A DNA stretch of 64,000 bases from Eledone cirrhosa. Taxonomy: Eukaryota. A program made the position numbers and the translations under genes. Location: assembly GCA_964016885.1 (NCBI GenBank), contig OZ024742.1, positions 228,904,001 through 228,968,000 of the forward strand. The letters run 5' to 3'. The notes beneath the pieces were generated by a model. The model made no database searches. It saw nothing but the letters and a program-made list of their open reading frames with translations, and was not told the origin of the DNA. This document shows positions 26,206 through 40,112 of this stretch, piece by piece. The number at the start of each line of letters is the position of its first letter. The stretch's first letter is position 1.

Positions 26206-26899
26206 TTAGAAACTCAAAATAGTATTTTACAATTAAATAGCTCAAGGAAGGGAATCTTTCTGAGCCGTGTAATACAATTGAATATATGAGGGGGATGAAC
26301 ACCGATAGAAGTATACATGTGTATGTAAAGGACCAAGTTAGCTAGGTTGAAAAAATACTAATTTAAAACAATATGGTTTGCCTGTCTCGATTTAAAGTAA
26401 TAAATCAATAAAAATAACAAACCTATATCGGGCAACTGCCGTTTGATACCCGGACAGATCTAAATCTGTTTCGCAAGAATTATTAAGTGAAAGCCACCGT
26501 TCCTGTGCTCTTGTGCGGGTATCCAGGAAATTCGTACCTTTCACTTCAAAAGATCTAAGAAGACTGAACTATGTGTTGATATAAAAGCATATGTTGCAGC
26601 GCCTAGCGCGTCTCATACTCTTGCCGCTAAAAACAGCAGCCGGTTTTATGAGACTAAAGTTAGCTCTACTTATGGATCCGAGAATATCATAAATTGAGTT
26701 AGAAACTCAAAATAGTCTTTTACAATTAAATAGCTCAAGCAAGGGAATCTTTCCGAGCCATGTAATACAATTGAATATATGAGGGGATGAACACCGTTAG
26801 AAGTATACATGTGTACGAATTGCAAATGACCAAGTTAACTAGGTTGAAAAAATACTAATTAAATTAGTATTTTTTCAATCTAGCTAACTTGGTCATTTG

Positions 26900-26902
<3 letters not shown>
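26206..26902. repeat. Partial direct repeat (~150 bp, period ~493) ending in an ~80-bp hairpin
   Basis: TTAGAAACTCAAAATAGT...AAAAAATACTAATT occurs at about 26206-26362 and 26699-26860; 26820-26902 folds back on itself. Confidence 0.8.
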
Positions 26903-26945
<43 letters not shown>

Positions 26946-27097
26946 TACGTATCGAGAGAGAGAAAAGGGGGGGATAGGTGATACATGTAGTTATTTGCCA
27001 AATAGCGTATGCCGAGGGTGCTCAATACTAGTGCCGGTAGTGTTAAATATTAGAAGTGTTAATATCTAGTGGGCGAGAGAATTAGCAGAGCGTAAGC

Positions 27098-29707
27098 ACG
27101 TGGAGAAGTAAAATACAGGAAAACAGTCCGTTAAAACATGTTTATTTAAAATAGCACCTACGTACGTTGCACTCGAATGGGCTTCTCAAGGGTATAATAA
27201 CTAAAAAGCGTTCCTTACATGACCCGGATGGGTTTTTAGAGATAAGTTCACGTCAGAGTTCAATCTTCGTAAAAAAACATGTTTTGATTTTGCAGTAGGT
27301 CAAGGGGGATAACTCTGGCCGGTGTTAGGGCAGTCTTTCCCGGACACATTTTTTATCTGATTCAAGCATGTGGTTACTACCTTACCATTGCCGATACGCA
27401 CAGGGTCAGGTATGCAACGTTTGTTTCGAAACGTTTGTTTTCTGCGCCTGCCCGCCTGGGTCGATTCATGCTGGGTCTGGGATGCATTATTAGTTTCCGG
27501 ATGTTTTTAGCAGCGCCTGCTCATCGGGGTGTTAAAGCTTGGTGCAGGCAGATCCGGCTTACGGTTTCACTCCTCGTTCTTATTCCCTCTGAAGTAGGAT
27601 ATTTTAAAGCGGTGTGCTAGGCTTATCGTTGTTTCATCTCTGCTGTTGATGAGCTCGTGGCATGCCGTTATGATGTGGTAGAGCTCCATAAGGCAAAGCT
27701 CGCACTTCCTCTTGAAGTTGTACGGTGCAGCCCTGCCGACAATTTCCCAGTGCGTGGAGAAGCTGATGTTTAAGTCTTTTAATGCTGTGATGCACCACTT
27801 CGCGAGCGAAGTGGAGTGTCTTAATTTCTTATTTGTGAAAGAGTGGAGATGTGTTCGAAATCTAATTTTGAACGGGCCAGAGGTAGCCCCTATATAATGT
27901 TTAACGCTATTATGGCTAGTTACGGTGCACCTATATATAACCCTATCAGTCAAGCAGTTTCCCCTAAGGGGGCAGCGTCCCCTGTCTCGGCAGTTGCAAT
28001 TTCGGTCGCGGTCCTTTCTAGCTCCCACGGTAAGGCTATTATTATTGCTATCTACGTTGTTACCTACGCTCCCACATCTGTCATTAGCACCATTGTAACC
28101 CACTGTGCGAACGGTGGTATCATTATTAATCCGCACGCAGCAGCGTTTTCCGTTGCCTCCAGATAACCCCAGTCATGTCGCGGTTATGTTGGTTGCGTCT
28201 GTAGAGGCTGTTGCCAGCACTAGTGGGTGCTGCTACGGAGTCATTAAGGCCGATATAGTTGTTGTCAGGTGTAGGTGTGTCTGTGCTAAGGTGCTGTGTC
28301 TTGGTGATCTTACTGTGGTTTGTTGTTCCTATGATGTCTGCTAGGTTAGGAATAGTACAGAAGAATATTTTTATATTGTTCCTATTAAGGATTTTCCTAT
28401 ACCTATGGTTGGGTGGGAAGTTCTCTAATGCTTCGAAGAATATCCGGGGTATGTCGGAGGCCACACTCCAAGAGTAGGGGCGATTGAACCATAGGACGTT
28501 ACGGTGGCGATTACGTGTCTTAGTACGTTTGCTACAGGTAGTGCTATCAGGGTGACCGTTCTTATGCATGTTAATGCGCTGTAGCCGGTTACGTGTCCCT
28601 TTCGCTTTATGCTCGGGTGCACTCTTCTTCCTTCTGCTATTTTATGTATAGGAAGATATTGGTTGGAAGGCGTTGGTAGTAGGCCGTCGCCTTTGTTGAT
28701 TTTATTGTAGGGGAATAATTCAAGTAGGCTACAGTGGTCACTGTCACCGGGTCGTGATCTTTAGTGTGTGGTATGCTACCTATACTATCGCCAGTGTAAT
28801 TAATATTTTGGCCGTGTTTCTTAGTGTGATTTTCTATACTATTACATCCGACTCCTTCGAAGTCGCCGCGTGATCGGTTATAGATATGGCTTACTATAAC
28901 GTTAGTCTTATGAAGGAAGGAGAGGGGGTCGTTTCTGGAGCTAGGATTAGGGATGTAGGAGATTCCTCGGTTAAAACCTGCGCTTATCAAGGCCCTATTG
29001 TAGTAATCTGCCGCTTGGTTGAAGATATCCTCATTGGCGGAGAGCCTCGAGATCCTATGTGAGATTGTATAGACAATGGAGTTGAGAGTCTAATTAAGGT
29101 GGTTGGAGTCATAATTAATATAAGAAAGGCTCTCTCTAGGCTTATGGTATTGCTTGTATAGGTCCGTACTCAGCTCCAGGGTCACGTCCAGTCCTCGTAG
29201 AATAGAGAACCTTAACAAGCACATACACAGGTTCTTCAAGTCATACGGCCTATCCGTAACTATAGACCTCAACCACCAGGTTGTCAACTTCCTGCTAAAA
29301 ACATCCGGAAACTAATAATGCATCCCAGACCCGGCATGAATCGACCCAGGCGGGCAGGCGCAGCAAACACACGTCTCGAAACAAACGTTGCATACCTGAC
29401 CCTGTGCGTATCGGCAATGGTAAGGTAGTAACCACATGCTTGAATCGGATAAAACATTTGTCCGGGAAAGACTGCCCTAACATCGGCCAGAGTTATCTCC
29501 CTTGACCTACTGCAAAATCAAAACATGTTTTTTACGAAGAATGAACTCTGACGTGAACTTATCTCTAAAAATCCATTCCGGGTCATGTAAGGAACGCTTT
29601 TTAGTTATTATGCCCTTGAGAAGCCCATTCGGGCGAAACGTACGTAGGTGCTATTTTAAATAAACAAGTTTTAACGGTCTGTTCTCCTGTATTTTACTTC
29701 TCCACGT
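27098..29707 (-). mobile_element. 5'-truncated Penelope-like element with inverted pseudo-LTR copies (27098-27513 and 29292-29707)
   Basis: Broken ORF: GLDVTLELSTDLYKQYHKP..SYINYDSNH (RT C-terminus), RNVLWFNRPYS..FPPNH.YRKILNRNNIK (linker), CNCRDRGRCPLRGNCL..VIYRCTV..HYIGAT..FKIRF..H..CELCLME (GIY-YIG). Bounded by ~415-bp inverted repeats. Confidence 0.9.
29612..29651 (+). ncRNA. Hammerhead ribozyme motif, U3-A8 core variant (degenerate mirror copy at 27154-27193, minus strand)
   Basis: gccc-TTGAGAA-gccc attc gggc-GAAA-cgtacg-TA-ggtgc. Confidence 0.75.
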
Positions 29708-29733
29708 ATATATATATATATATATATATACAG

Positions 29734-29775
<42 letters not shown>

Positions 29776-30374
29776 AATATGTGGATGTCTGTGATCTATA
29801 TACACTGGTCATAGACACAAACACATATATACACACACACATATATATACACAAACACTCACAAACAAATACACAACAATACCACCAGCTCTCTCTCTCT
29901 TTTCCATCCTCCTTCTCTAATCTCCTCTCCCTCTCTCTATGTCTCTCTTTCAATCTACTCTCTCACAACCACTATCTCTTTCTCTCTCTTTCTGTTTATG
30001 AAGGTACTCAGAAAACTCCCATATCTCGGGAACCGTGCTTCAATTTATGCGAAACTTGTTTTATTCCATTTGTATTACCATTTCAGAGTCAACTTCTTTT
30101 CAAAGTATTTTCCCATTATGCCCTTTTGGCTGTATTACATTACAGACTGTGTAAGTTTCATTTGAAACAGCGAGCGAAATTTGAAATTTAGTCGAAATAG
30201 AAGCTTTCACCGTAATGGAAAAGGATGAATATTGACGTACATGTACCTCAATACTTTACCATTTTGTAGAGGGTTTTAAAAAACACTACGAGGCTAAAAC
30301 TTCTCTAGTAAAACAAATACGGCGAAAGCTTCTATTTCCACTATATATATATATATATATATGTATAAAGTCTA

Positions 30375-30645
30375 AAGTCTGTCTTAAGCCAGAAGGCTCA
30401 TTCGGCCGGTGATTATCCCGGTTTCTTGGCGTGAAGCGACTGAGAGTACATGACTCCCACCTGGACAGGACACCAGTCCATCACAGGGCTAACCCCGCCA
30501 ACTTTTGCTGGTACTCAGTTTCAGCTGAATATACTGGAGCAAGGTGAAATGAAGTGCTTTATTCTAGAACACATCACGCAACCCAGGAATCGAACCCATG
30601 ACATTATGATCGTAAGTCTACACCCATACCACTAGACCACATGCC
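30375..30645 (-). mobile_element. tRNA-derived SINE of a second family (V-domain-like); degenerate relatives at ~41590-41900, 47900-48135, 56100-56245
   Basis: Minus-strand head GGCATGTGGTCTAGTGG...GGGTTCGATTCCTGG (A and B boxes), followed by GCACTTCATTTCAC..GCTCCAGT..CAGCTG...GTACCAGC...GATGGACTGG.GTCC.GTCCAGG. Confidence 0.75.
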
Positions 30646-32004
30646 CCCCCCCATATATATATATATATATATAAATATATATATGTGTGTGTATGTTTTA
30701 TTGTATGTGTGCGTGTACTCATTTAGATGTATGCCAGCGTACACGCACATATGTATCAGTGCACAGAATCACAGATACATGAACGTATTTTAAAATGGCT
30801 GTTAACTTTGGTAAGTAAACAAAAACAAAAGCAGATAAATAAGTGGAAATCAGTAAAGACGACTTCAATAAACTATAAATATTTTTGTGATCGACCGGAT
30901 TACGAGTAATGCTCTACAATTACCAGTACAAGACATAATAAATAGTTTGATTTATTGCGATCGACATACGCACACACACATACACACGCACACACTCATA
31001 TATATATCAATATACACACACATACATTCATACGCCTATATATACATATATCAAATAAAGTAATCAATAACAATATAACTAAGATCTTTTTCTTATTTCT
31101 CTTAACTAACGTACGATTTTGAAAATTAATTTGTTCTGATTTCAAATCCCACCGATGTGATCGTTGCCTCTCATCAATTCAGGGGTAGATAAAATACTAG
31201 GGATCATTTAATCGATTTTCGTTTTGCCTGAAATATCTAGCTTCGGGTATAATTTCGAAACAAATAGTATAAAAAATCTTCATGTGTGAAAATCTTAGGG
31301 TCAGGTGTCTGTGTTTAACCGGACATCAAATTAAGTCTTTGACTAAAATAAGCAACGGAGGGATTTGATCTCAGATTTGAACTTATAGAGTCGGATTGTT
31401 TACTGCATGGTATTTCATCCAACGATCTAACGCCATCTTGAATTCTGGGATAAATCCTAAGAGACTTTACTGATGCTAAATGGAGTGAAAATCTGCATAA
31501 TATTTACAAAATATCAAAACCTGTATCACACATACTATGTTTTAATACTTCAACTCTGATTTGTTGTTAGACCTTCTTCAAAGTTCAACCGAGATCCACA
31601 AAAGAATGCTACTCTCACGTCTGGAATGGTGCTATTGCTGTACATACAATCATTGAAAGGTACGTTTCCTCGACTCATTGGTTGTTACTCTTATCCTGCG
31701 GTTTCTACAATCATTTGGCATAAGTCAGCGAAGGAGACACTAGTAATATCTGAAGGTGTTGAAAATAGTTGCAAAATATTCCTCAGATGATAGAATTGAT
31801 ACAGAAAAAATACTTTAGATAATATAATCCTGGATACATCATGTTATGGTCAGAATGCTCCTGTCATAATTGCATATGCATCATAAGCCTGTTTAATCAG
31901 TAGCAGCAGTGGCTGTCATACTTTCTCTTTATCCTAAATGATATGTTCTCGATAAGTATAGCCAATTTCTGAATGTTGCAATGTTTCCCCCTCTGATATG
32001 CACG

Positions 32005-32125
<121 letters not shown>

Positions 32126-32755
32126 AATATATATGTATGTATATATATAGATATATATATATTTATATAATTCCCCCCAATTACTAACCAACAGTCACTC
32201 ACCGCTGTTGTTCCAACACAAAATATTTAGTACTTATCTACATTACTCCTTTCTCCCAACTTAAAATAAACGCTGACAACACGTGTTACGTGGAACAGCC
32301 TTTCCATCTTGAAACATGGAAAGAAAAAATATAAAAATAATGAAGGAATCAGAAAAATAATTTAAAAAAAAAAGCATCAAATTATTTTTAAAGAAAATTT
32401 ATGGCAAATTTCTATTTTGCAGACTTTTGAAGTTTTCTTTTTTGTTGAGTGAGAAAAAATGATTCTAGTGGAAATTTGACAATTATAAAAGTTTTAGCTT
32501 CTCTGCAAAATTGGTAACTGAACAAAAATTTATTAGAAAGCTTTTAGTATATATTTTTATCTGTCAATACAATCCGCAGAGCTTTAGCTGTGATAAAATA
32601 AGATAAGCAACTTCAAAACGCCAGTTTTATGCCTGTATTTATTATGTTTCTCTGAAGAATATCAAGTAATGAAAATACCTGTATGTATGTATGTATGTAT
32701 GTATGTATGTATGTATGTATGTATGTATGTATGTATGTATGCTTGTATCTATATA

Positions 32756-32786
<31 letters not shown>

Positions 32787-32829
32787 TTAAATGCACACAC
32801 ACACACACATATATATATATATAAATATA

Positions 32830-32922
<93 letters not shown>

Positions 32923-33535
32923 CCATATAAACTATATCTCTCTATATATATGTTTATGTATATATATAAATATATATATGTGTGTGTGTATGAGTGTGTA
33001 TTTATATAAATATGTGTATGTACATGTGTATATCTATGTATATATGTATATACACATACAAACATATGTTCACTTCCACTAATATACATATATATATATA
33101 TAAACTACAGGGTTTTATATATATAATATATTCTAAGGAGATAATCCCTTCGTCACATGCTTTATAGTGAATCAACAAAAAAAAAAACACAAATATATAA
33201 CTATATAAAATAGTAATAAAAAAAAATAAACGAATAAAACTCCAAATTGAGATTTGTTGAAAGATTTCGATAGTTCGATTATATGGATATCAAAGTTACC
33301 GAGATCTAGCCAGTCATTTTTCTAATAGCTTTCTCTTAAAACCCGTAAAATATAATGTAAAATATTTAAGTTGAGTCAATATCAAAGGATTTCAATCGAT
33401 GTTTATATTAAATGTATATAATGTATAAAATCTATGATATATAAAAATAGAAAGCGTACGTAGGCTTGATATCGTTATCATTATTATTATTATTACTACT
33501 ATTGTTATTATTATTATTATCATCGTTATTCTCTT

Positions 33536-33612
<77 letters not shown>

Positions 33613-33852
33613 TTTTTCAATTCAATGTACAAGATAGCCAAGTTGATTTATATATATGTTAAAATTTTTGTTGTTATTTTGAAGATTTCATATTCATGCT
33701 AGAATCAAAAATAAAACACCTCAATTAGTTTGAGAGAGGGGGAGAGAGGAGGAGAGAGAGTGAGAGAGAGTGAGAGAGAGTGAGAGAGAGAGAGAGAATG
33801 AGAGAGAGAGAATGATAGGGAGAGAGACAGAAAGAGAAAGAAAGAAAGAAAA

Positions 33853-33959
<107 letters not shown>

Positions 33960-34289
33960 AGACTACCTTTACACCCACCATCAACAACACAGCACATACA
34001 TGAAAACGAACCGAATAAATCTCATAAAACGGATTTACTTAACAGAGTTAAACCGTTTGAAGCATTAATTTATAAGTTAGTAATTATGCCGACAGCGTAT
34101 TATTTCACACGATCTATTTAGAGAAGTCATTTAATGTACTTTATTGACCAATTAGAAGGCAATAAAATTCATAGCGATTGATATTGACTTTATGGCTTAA
34201 ACATTAATCTTTTGTGAGGAAAAAACGACCCCAACAAAAAGAAAATAATTTGACCTTAACCAGAACTAATGACGAAAGAAATATAGAAC

Positions 34290-34323
<34 letters not shown>

Positions 34324-34718
34324 ACAACAACAACTTCAACTAAAAAGAAAATGAAAAAAACTTAGACAAAAAAAATACAAGAAAAAGTGCCAAGTTAATA
34401 CTTTGGCAACTGTGGCAAATAAGACTACAAATTCGGGTCTATTAGGAAATGAACTAAGGGTCAACAACCACAAGAATGACAATAGAAATATAAACAGAAA
34501 AAATAACAGAACAAACCCATACAAAAAACAAACACACATCAAGATAACAAGCACAAACAGTATTTTACTATGTGGTTAAAGCGTTCATTTGCAGCTACGT
34601 GGTTTCAGGTTCAGTGCAACTGATTAGACATATCGTGCGCAAATGTCTTCTACTGTAATAGTTTCGAGTTGGCTAATACCTTGTGAGTAGAATTTAATAG
34701 AAACTGCATGAGCCCATA

Positions 34719-34778
<60 letters not shown>

Positions 34779-34936
34779 GGTTGGTGTGCAAATGGTTGGT
34801 GCAAATGGTTGATGCATATGTAATGTCCGATTTCCTAGAAGAAAGAAAGTTTTAGATAGTAACATACATATTTTGGTGATAATAGCAATTATGAATAAAC
34901 GAAGTGAATTATAACCTGTTGAGTTGTACCTAATGG

Positions 34937-34998
<62 letters not shown>

Positions 34999-35159
34999 CG
35001 AAGGAAATGTGGTAAGGAACCAGGTGGACCATAACGCACCAAAGTACTCAATACTTAGGGTAAGACCCCGACGGCTGAGCTCAAGCCGTTTCGACGGCTA
35101 ATTCTGGAGTTTAGCCGTCGAAACGGCTTGAGCTCAGCCGTCGGGGTCTTATTGGTTCC

Positions 35160-35278
<119 letters not shown>

Positions 35279-35371
35279 AAACCGTGTATATATAGAGGTC
35301 CTACATCAGATACACAGATATATATAAATTAAAGTATAGAAATTGTTGTGAGCATGAAGCGAGGACTTTTT

Positions 35372-35425
35372 CATTCTGATGATTGAAAGCAAAATTGTTT
35401 GCTTTTAAGAAACCACTGGTAAATG
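35372..35425 (+). ncRNA. Type I hammerhead ribozyme motif (same family flanks as 9941-10007)
   Basis: catt-CTGATGA-ttgaaagcaaa attg tttgcttttaa-GAAA-cc act gg-TA-aatg. Confidence 0.85.
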
Positions 35426-35532
35426 GAATAATTGCCTTATGTTGTTTATTACATAACTATTAAGCTCTGTTACCTACATAGAGCACTCTCTTTTCCTGGA
35501 TTTTGCGACGGAATTACTTCATTTATACATTT

Positions 35533-35629
<97 letters not shown>

Positions 35630-36165
35630 GTGGCTTTAGGGTTATAGTGTTTCAGCTCTGCTGATGAAGGGTTCCAACCGTGACCATCCCCATTGAAAGT
35701 TTCGCGAAATAGTCTTTTTAAGACTATACAGAGCATTTGTAGTTTTTCCAAATTGAAGGATGAGTATTTAAACTTTATTTTATTCTGAGTTAAGGCTCTA
35801 TTGATTTTTCCCTGGATTTCACAAAATTCTATGGATAAATCTATGTCTTGATTTTTTTTTGAATTGAGTTTGAATTATTTTCCCACATCTTACGTTAACT
35901 ATTTTTCCATTTTGACGTTATAGTCACTTATATATTATGAAATACTGTTGGCTTCATGCTCACAACAATTTCTATACTTTAATTTATATATACCTGTGTA
36001 TCTGATGTAGGACCTCCATCCGAAACGTAGAACACTCCTCCACTTCCTCTAAACGTGAACCTAATAAGACTTTGTATTTGTGCACCCCTGTGTTTGTTTT
36101 GCTTCATTTATTTTATATATATATATATATATATATTTGTGTATATATATATTTGTATATATATT

Positions 36166-36254
<89 letters not shown>

Positions 36255-36258
<4 letters not shown>

Positions 36259-36344
36259 CGGGTAAAATTCCCAAAGGAGCACTGAGTGCAATGTCAACTC
36301 TGGATGTCGGTGAGCATGTCCAGCCAACCTCAGTCTCCTCTGTG

Positions 36345-36346
<2 letters not shown>
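36255..36346 (-). mobile_element. ~90-bp LINE (RTE-like) ORF fragment isolated within (TA)n
   Basis: Translates [27 protein letters not shown], matching the RRLRxxGHxxR motif found after the RT domain of RTE-type LINEs. Confidence 0.6.
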
Positions 36347-36439
<93 letters not shown>

Positions 36440-36513
36440 AATATATATATACACAAATATGTATATATAAATTTGTGTATATATATATTTGTATATATAT
36501 ATATATATATATT

Positions 36514-36561
<48 letters not shown>

Positions 36562-36588
36562 AATATATATATACAAATATATATATAC

Positions 36589-36638
<50 letters not shown>

Positions 36639-36658
36639 GGAATATTAATTAAGACATG

Positions 36659-36732
<74 letters not shown>

Positions 36733-38959
36733 TAGCGAGAATCGCATTTCAGCTCAGGAATTAACGAAAATCAACACCCGATATGTGTGGCAAGCGCTCG
36801 ATGATTCATGTGAATCAGAGCTACAACATACGTTAAGGGCCAAACACACTGAGATGATGGTTAAACATATCATTCGCACAGCCAAAACAAACGACCAAGT
36901 AATTCGGGTCAAACAATAAAAATATATGTGTTGATACTTTCCCGGACCCTAGACTGATGGTAAAATCCAGTATTTGGTTTCTGCATCTCCAAAATCAGGT
37001 ACTGTCCGCCTCCATAAAGAATGTCTGGCTTCAGGTAAGATGATGAACAAGGAAGTCGTGTTATCAACGGGTTTTGTTCTAGGATGCTATAGATAAGTGT
37101 GTCTATTACTGACCCCACGTGGAGTTCAGCAAGGGAGGCAACACCTCTATTTTGCGAATGATTCAGTTGTGTATAATATTGCGAGAATATATATATATAT
37201 ATATACATCTTTGTGTGTGTTTTCATGTCTTAATTTTCCATAAATTAGCCGTTCGACTAAATAAATCGATAGAATACTTGAAAAAGTAAATACTGGAGTC
37301 ACTATGATCGACTAAAATTCTTTGAAGGTGGTGCCCTAGCATGGTCGCGGTGGAATAACTGAAACCGATAAAAGAATAACAGACATTAATAAAAGTGTAA
37401 TCAATCATAAAGAGAAATTTCAATTCGTTAGATATTTGATTAGAATAAATATTTTCACGTAAATCTCAATTGTTGATCTGGCCAATATATTTCAGATGAC
37501 ATCTGATATGAAAGTTTACTTCCAATGTCATAATGAGAAAAAGAAAAGGAAAGAATGAAGAAAAGAGGAGAGAGGTGGAGAGGAGGCAAAATCTACACTT
37601 TTGACTGGACGGTATATTTCATTTGCTCCTAGCGGATAACATGGTAACATCTTTGCGGTGGAGAGTAGCCGGCGACACCCGCTATATCAGTCATTCTACC
37701 TCATGGAGTAACATTCTGCACTATTGGCTGAATTGTATATGTTATCTACATCCCACTGCCAAGATGGCTAATGTGAAGCCTCAGAGGGCAGCCGGTGATA
37801 AGCATTGCATTATCGATTACATTCCAACCTTACGGACAAGATGGTAAATGCATTGTCATGGAGTACAGCCAGTGATAGTAACTGCGTCAGCTACCCCGCC
37901 ACAAAGGACTTCTTACTCAGGCGTTACGCTGATCACTAATAACATATATCTTACATTAAAAATCAGCGAGGTTTGCTTTAAAACACGTAATCCTTTAAAG
38001 CACCGAATCATGTATTCCATATTTTGATAATAAAATATATCGTTCAGAGTATATATATATTGATTTCTTGATCAGAGAGATAGAGGCAGCAATGGGTTAA
38101 AACTGATAGGTATCGATCCAGTATATCAATTCTATCTATTTTATTGACAACCGGAGTGGAGATGAGGTGGAATCGACGATGAAAAGCAATTAAGATGCTT
38201 TGGTGATTTTAACTCAGAGATTGTAGAAATAAGATTAAATACTTCAATAGCTTTAGTGCGGCGCTTTACTTAATACAGGCGGCGAATAAGCTGAGTCGTT
38301 AGAACGTTGGATTACATGACTTGGCATTTGTTGCGGCTCTCTGTACTATAAGTTCAAATCCTACCGAGAACAACTTTACATTTCATCCTTACGGAGTCAA
38401 TAAATAAAGTAGCATTCAAGAGGCGAGGCTGTGAATTATCGGAGATCTAAATGGGTCGAAAGAGACGCTTTGCAGAATCTGCTCCGACTCAATGCGTTCT
38501 GAGTTCACATCTCGCCTCGTTAAGTTGGAATTGCGTCAGGCAAATAATATCAGCAATGGAAATACGAATGAATGTATTGTTTCCTTTTTCCGGTCTGGTG
38601 ATCGCTTTCTTTCCATTCCATTTCTCAACCTAATGTCTCTACATTCAAATTCAACACACACACTAACTACATATTTTATAGTCCTCCGTCTGCTTCATCG
38701 ATGTATGCTGATTCAGCATCGCCGAATGATTAAGGATTTTACTTTGCAGTCATTACTTCACTACGCAATCCCGGATTCGAGATTAGAAGCTCGTCGAATG
38801 GTTTGTTCCTGTAATCCAAGCATGTCACTCCTTGTATCTTTCTGAGAAGTACGTTAAACGTACACGTGTTCATGAATGCTCTGTCACATATACGTTGATT
38901 TTATGAGTAGGCCGTTCGTTGATCTAACAACTGGAACACTTATTATGAACAGAGGAGCG

Positions 38960-40060
38960 TTCTTCTCGCTTTCTTCCAAACTCACCCATTACTGCTTTTA
39001 ATCGCACCCGCAACCTTCGCGACCTCCTGGTTCGCAGTTCCTTTTCCTCCTCTCCCATGACTCCATCCGGCTCTCATCCTTGTTCCCGTTCCCGCTGCAA
39101 CACTTGTCCCTGTATTTCCACCCTCACCACTCTTACAGGCCCTAACGGGTCTTTCTGTATCCGCCATTCCTTCACCTGCACATCCACCCACGTTGTCTAC
39201 GCCCTCCGGTATTCCCTTTGCGGGTCTTTAAATATCGGACAAACGGGACACCGTATGGCGGACTGTTTTGCCGAACATTTGAGGGACATCAGGCTCGGTT
39301 TGGATACTCCTGTTGCCCGTCATTTCTGTTCTCTTGGTCATTCTTCCCTACATGTTTCAGTCCTGCGGTGTCCTTTTACATCATGGATCACAGGCCTCGC
39401 GCACCAGGATTGAACAAAGACTGATTCACCGCCTGGGGGTCCTAAACCCCTCTTGGACTCAACTCACCTCCCCAATTTCTCTAATACCCCGTCCATTATC
39501 ACATCCCTAGATTCCTATCGCTTTCTCTTGATTATTAGCTTCTCTTACAACTAATACAGGCCGATACACACCCTTATATTAACATACTTTTGCTCATAGC
39601 TTCGTAATTACATGCACACACACTCTTTTACACACATATACACACACATTTCTTCTTAGCTTCGTACGGACCTATAATAATACACACACACACAGACACA
39701 TACACAAACACATGCTTACACGCGTGCTGAAGTATAGCTCTTTTTACAAAACGTTTTTTTTTTCTATTTCAGGTAGACGCGCTCCATAATCCACTTCTCT
39801 AAAAAACAAATCATACACAATACGCCAGCACCAACAGTTTTGCAAGAGATGTCAACATGAATGGACCTGTTATTTTTATCTAAAGACATTATTTCCAATT
39901 CCATCCCGCCCGTCCCCAAATCTATTTTATTTCTCATTCTTTCTTCTGATGAAGGACTAGCGTCCGAAACGTTAAGACCCTCTTCCTGCTATATCAAGCG
40001 TTAACCTAATATATACCTTCCATATACTGTACCGATTGTGTTGTTATTTCTGTTTACCTT
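38960..40060 (+). mobile_element. 3' fragment of a Penelope-like element (Neptune-like linker, GIY-YIG) with 3' HHR
   Basis: PITAFNRTRNLRDLLVRS..GSHPCSRSRCNTC...FTCTSTHVVYAL...IGQTGHRMADCFAEHLRDIR...PVARHF. Ends next to (CA)n(TA)n. Confidence 0.85.
39942..39977 (+). ncRNA. Minimal type I hammerhead ribozyme
   Basis: tctt-CTGATGA-a ggac tagc gtcc-GAAA-cg-TT-aaga. Stem III is reduced to the palindrome ACGT. Confidence 0.85.
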
Positions 40061-40062
40061 TT

Positions 40063-40112
<50 letters not shown>

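Noticed and set aside
31480-31920. Possible Sola-type transposase remnant (CYSHVWN, DTSCYGQN)
   Set aside because: Only short, degenerate motif resemblance with many stops; cannot be supported without a search.
35661-35720. CTGATGA...GAAA hammerhead candidate (similar weak cases at ~15301, ~30000, ~63090)
   Set aside because: Stems I and III or the cleavage triplet could not be paired convincingly.
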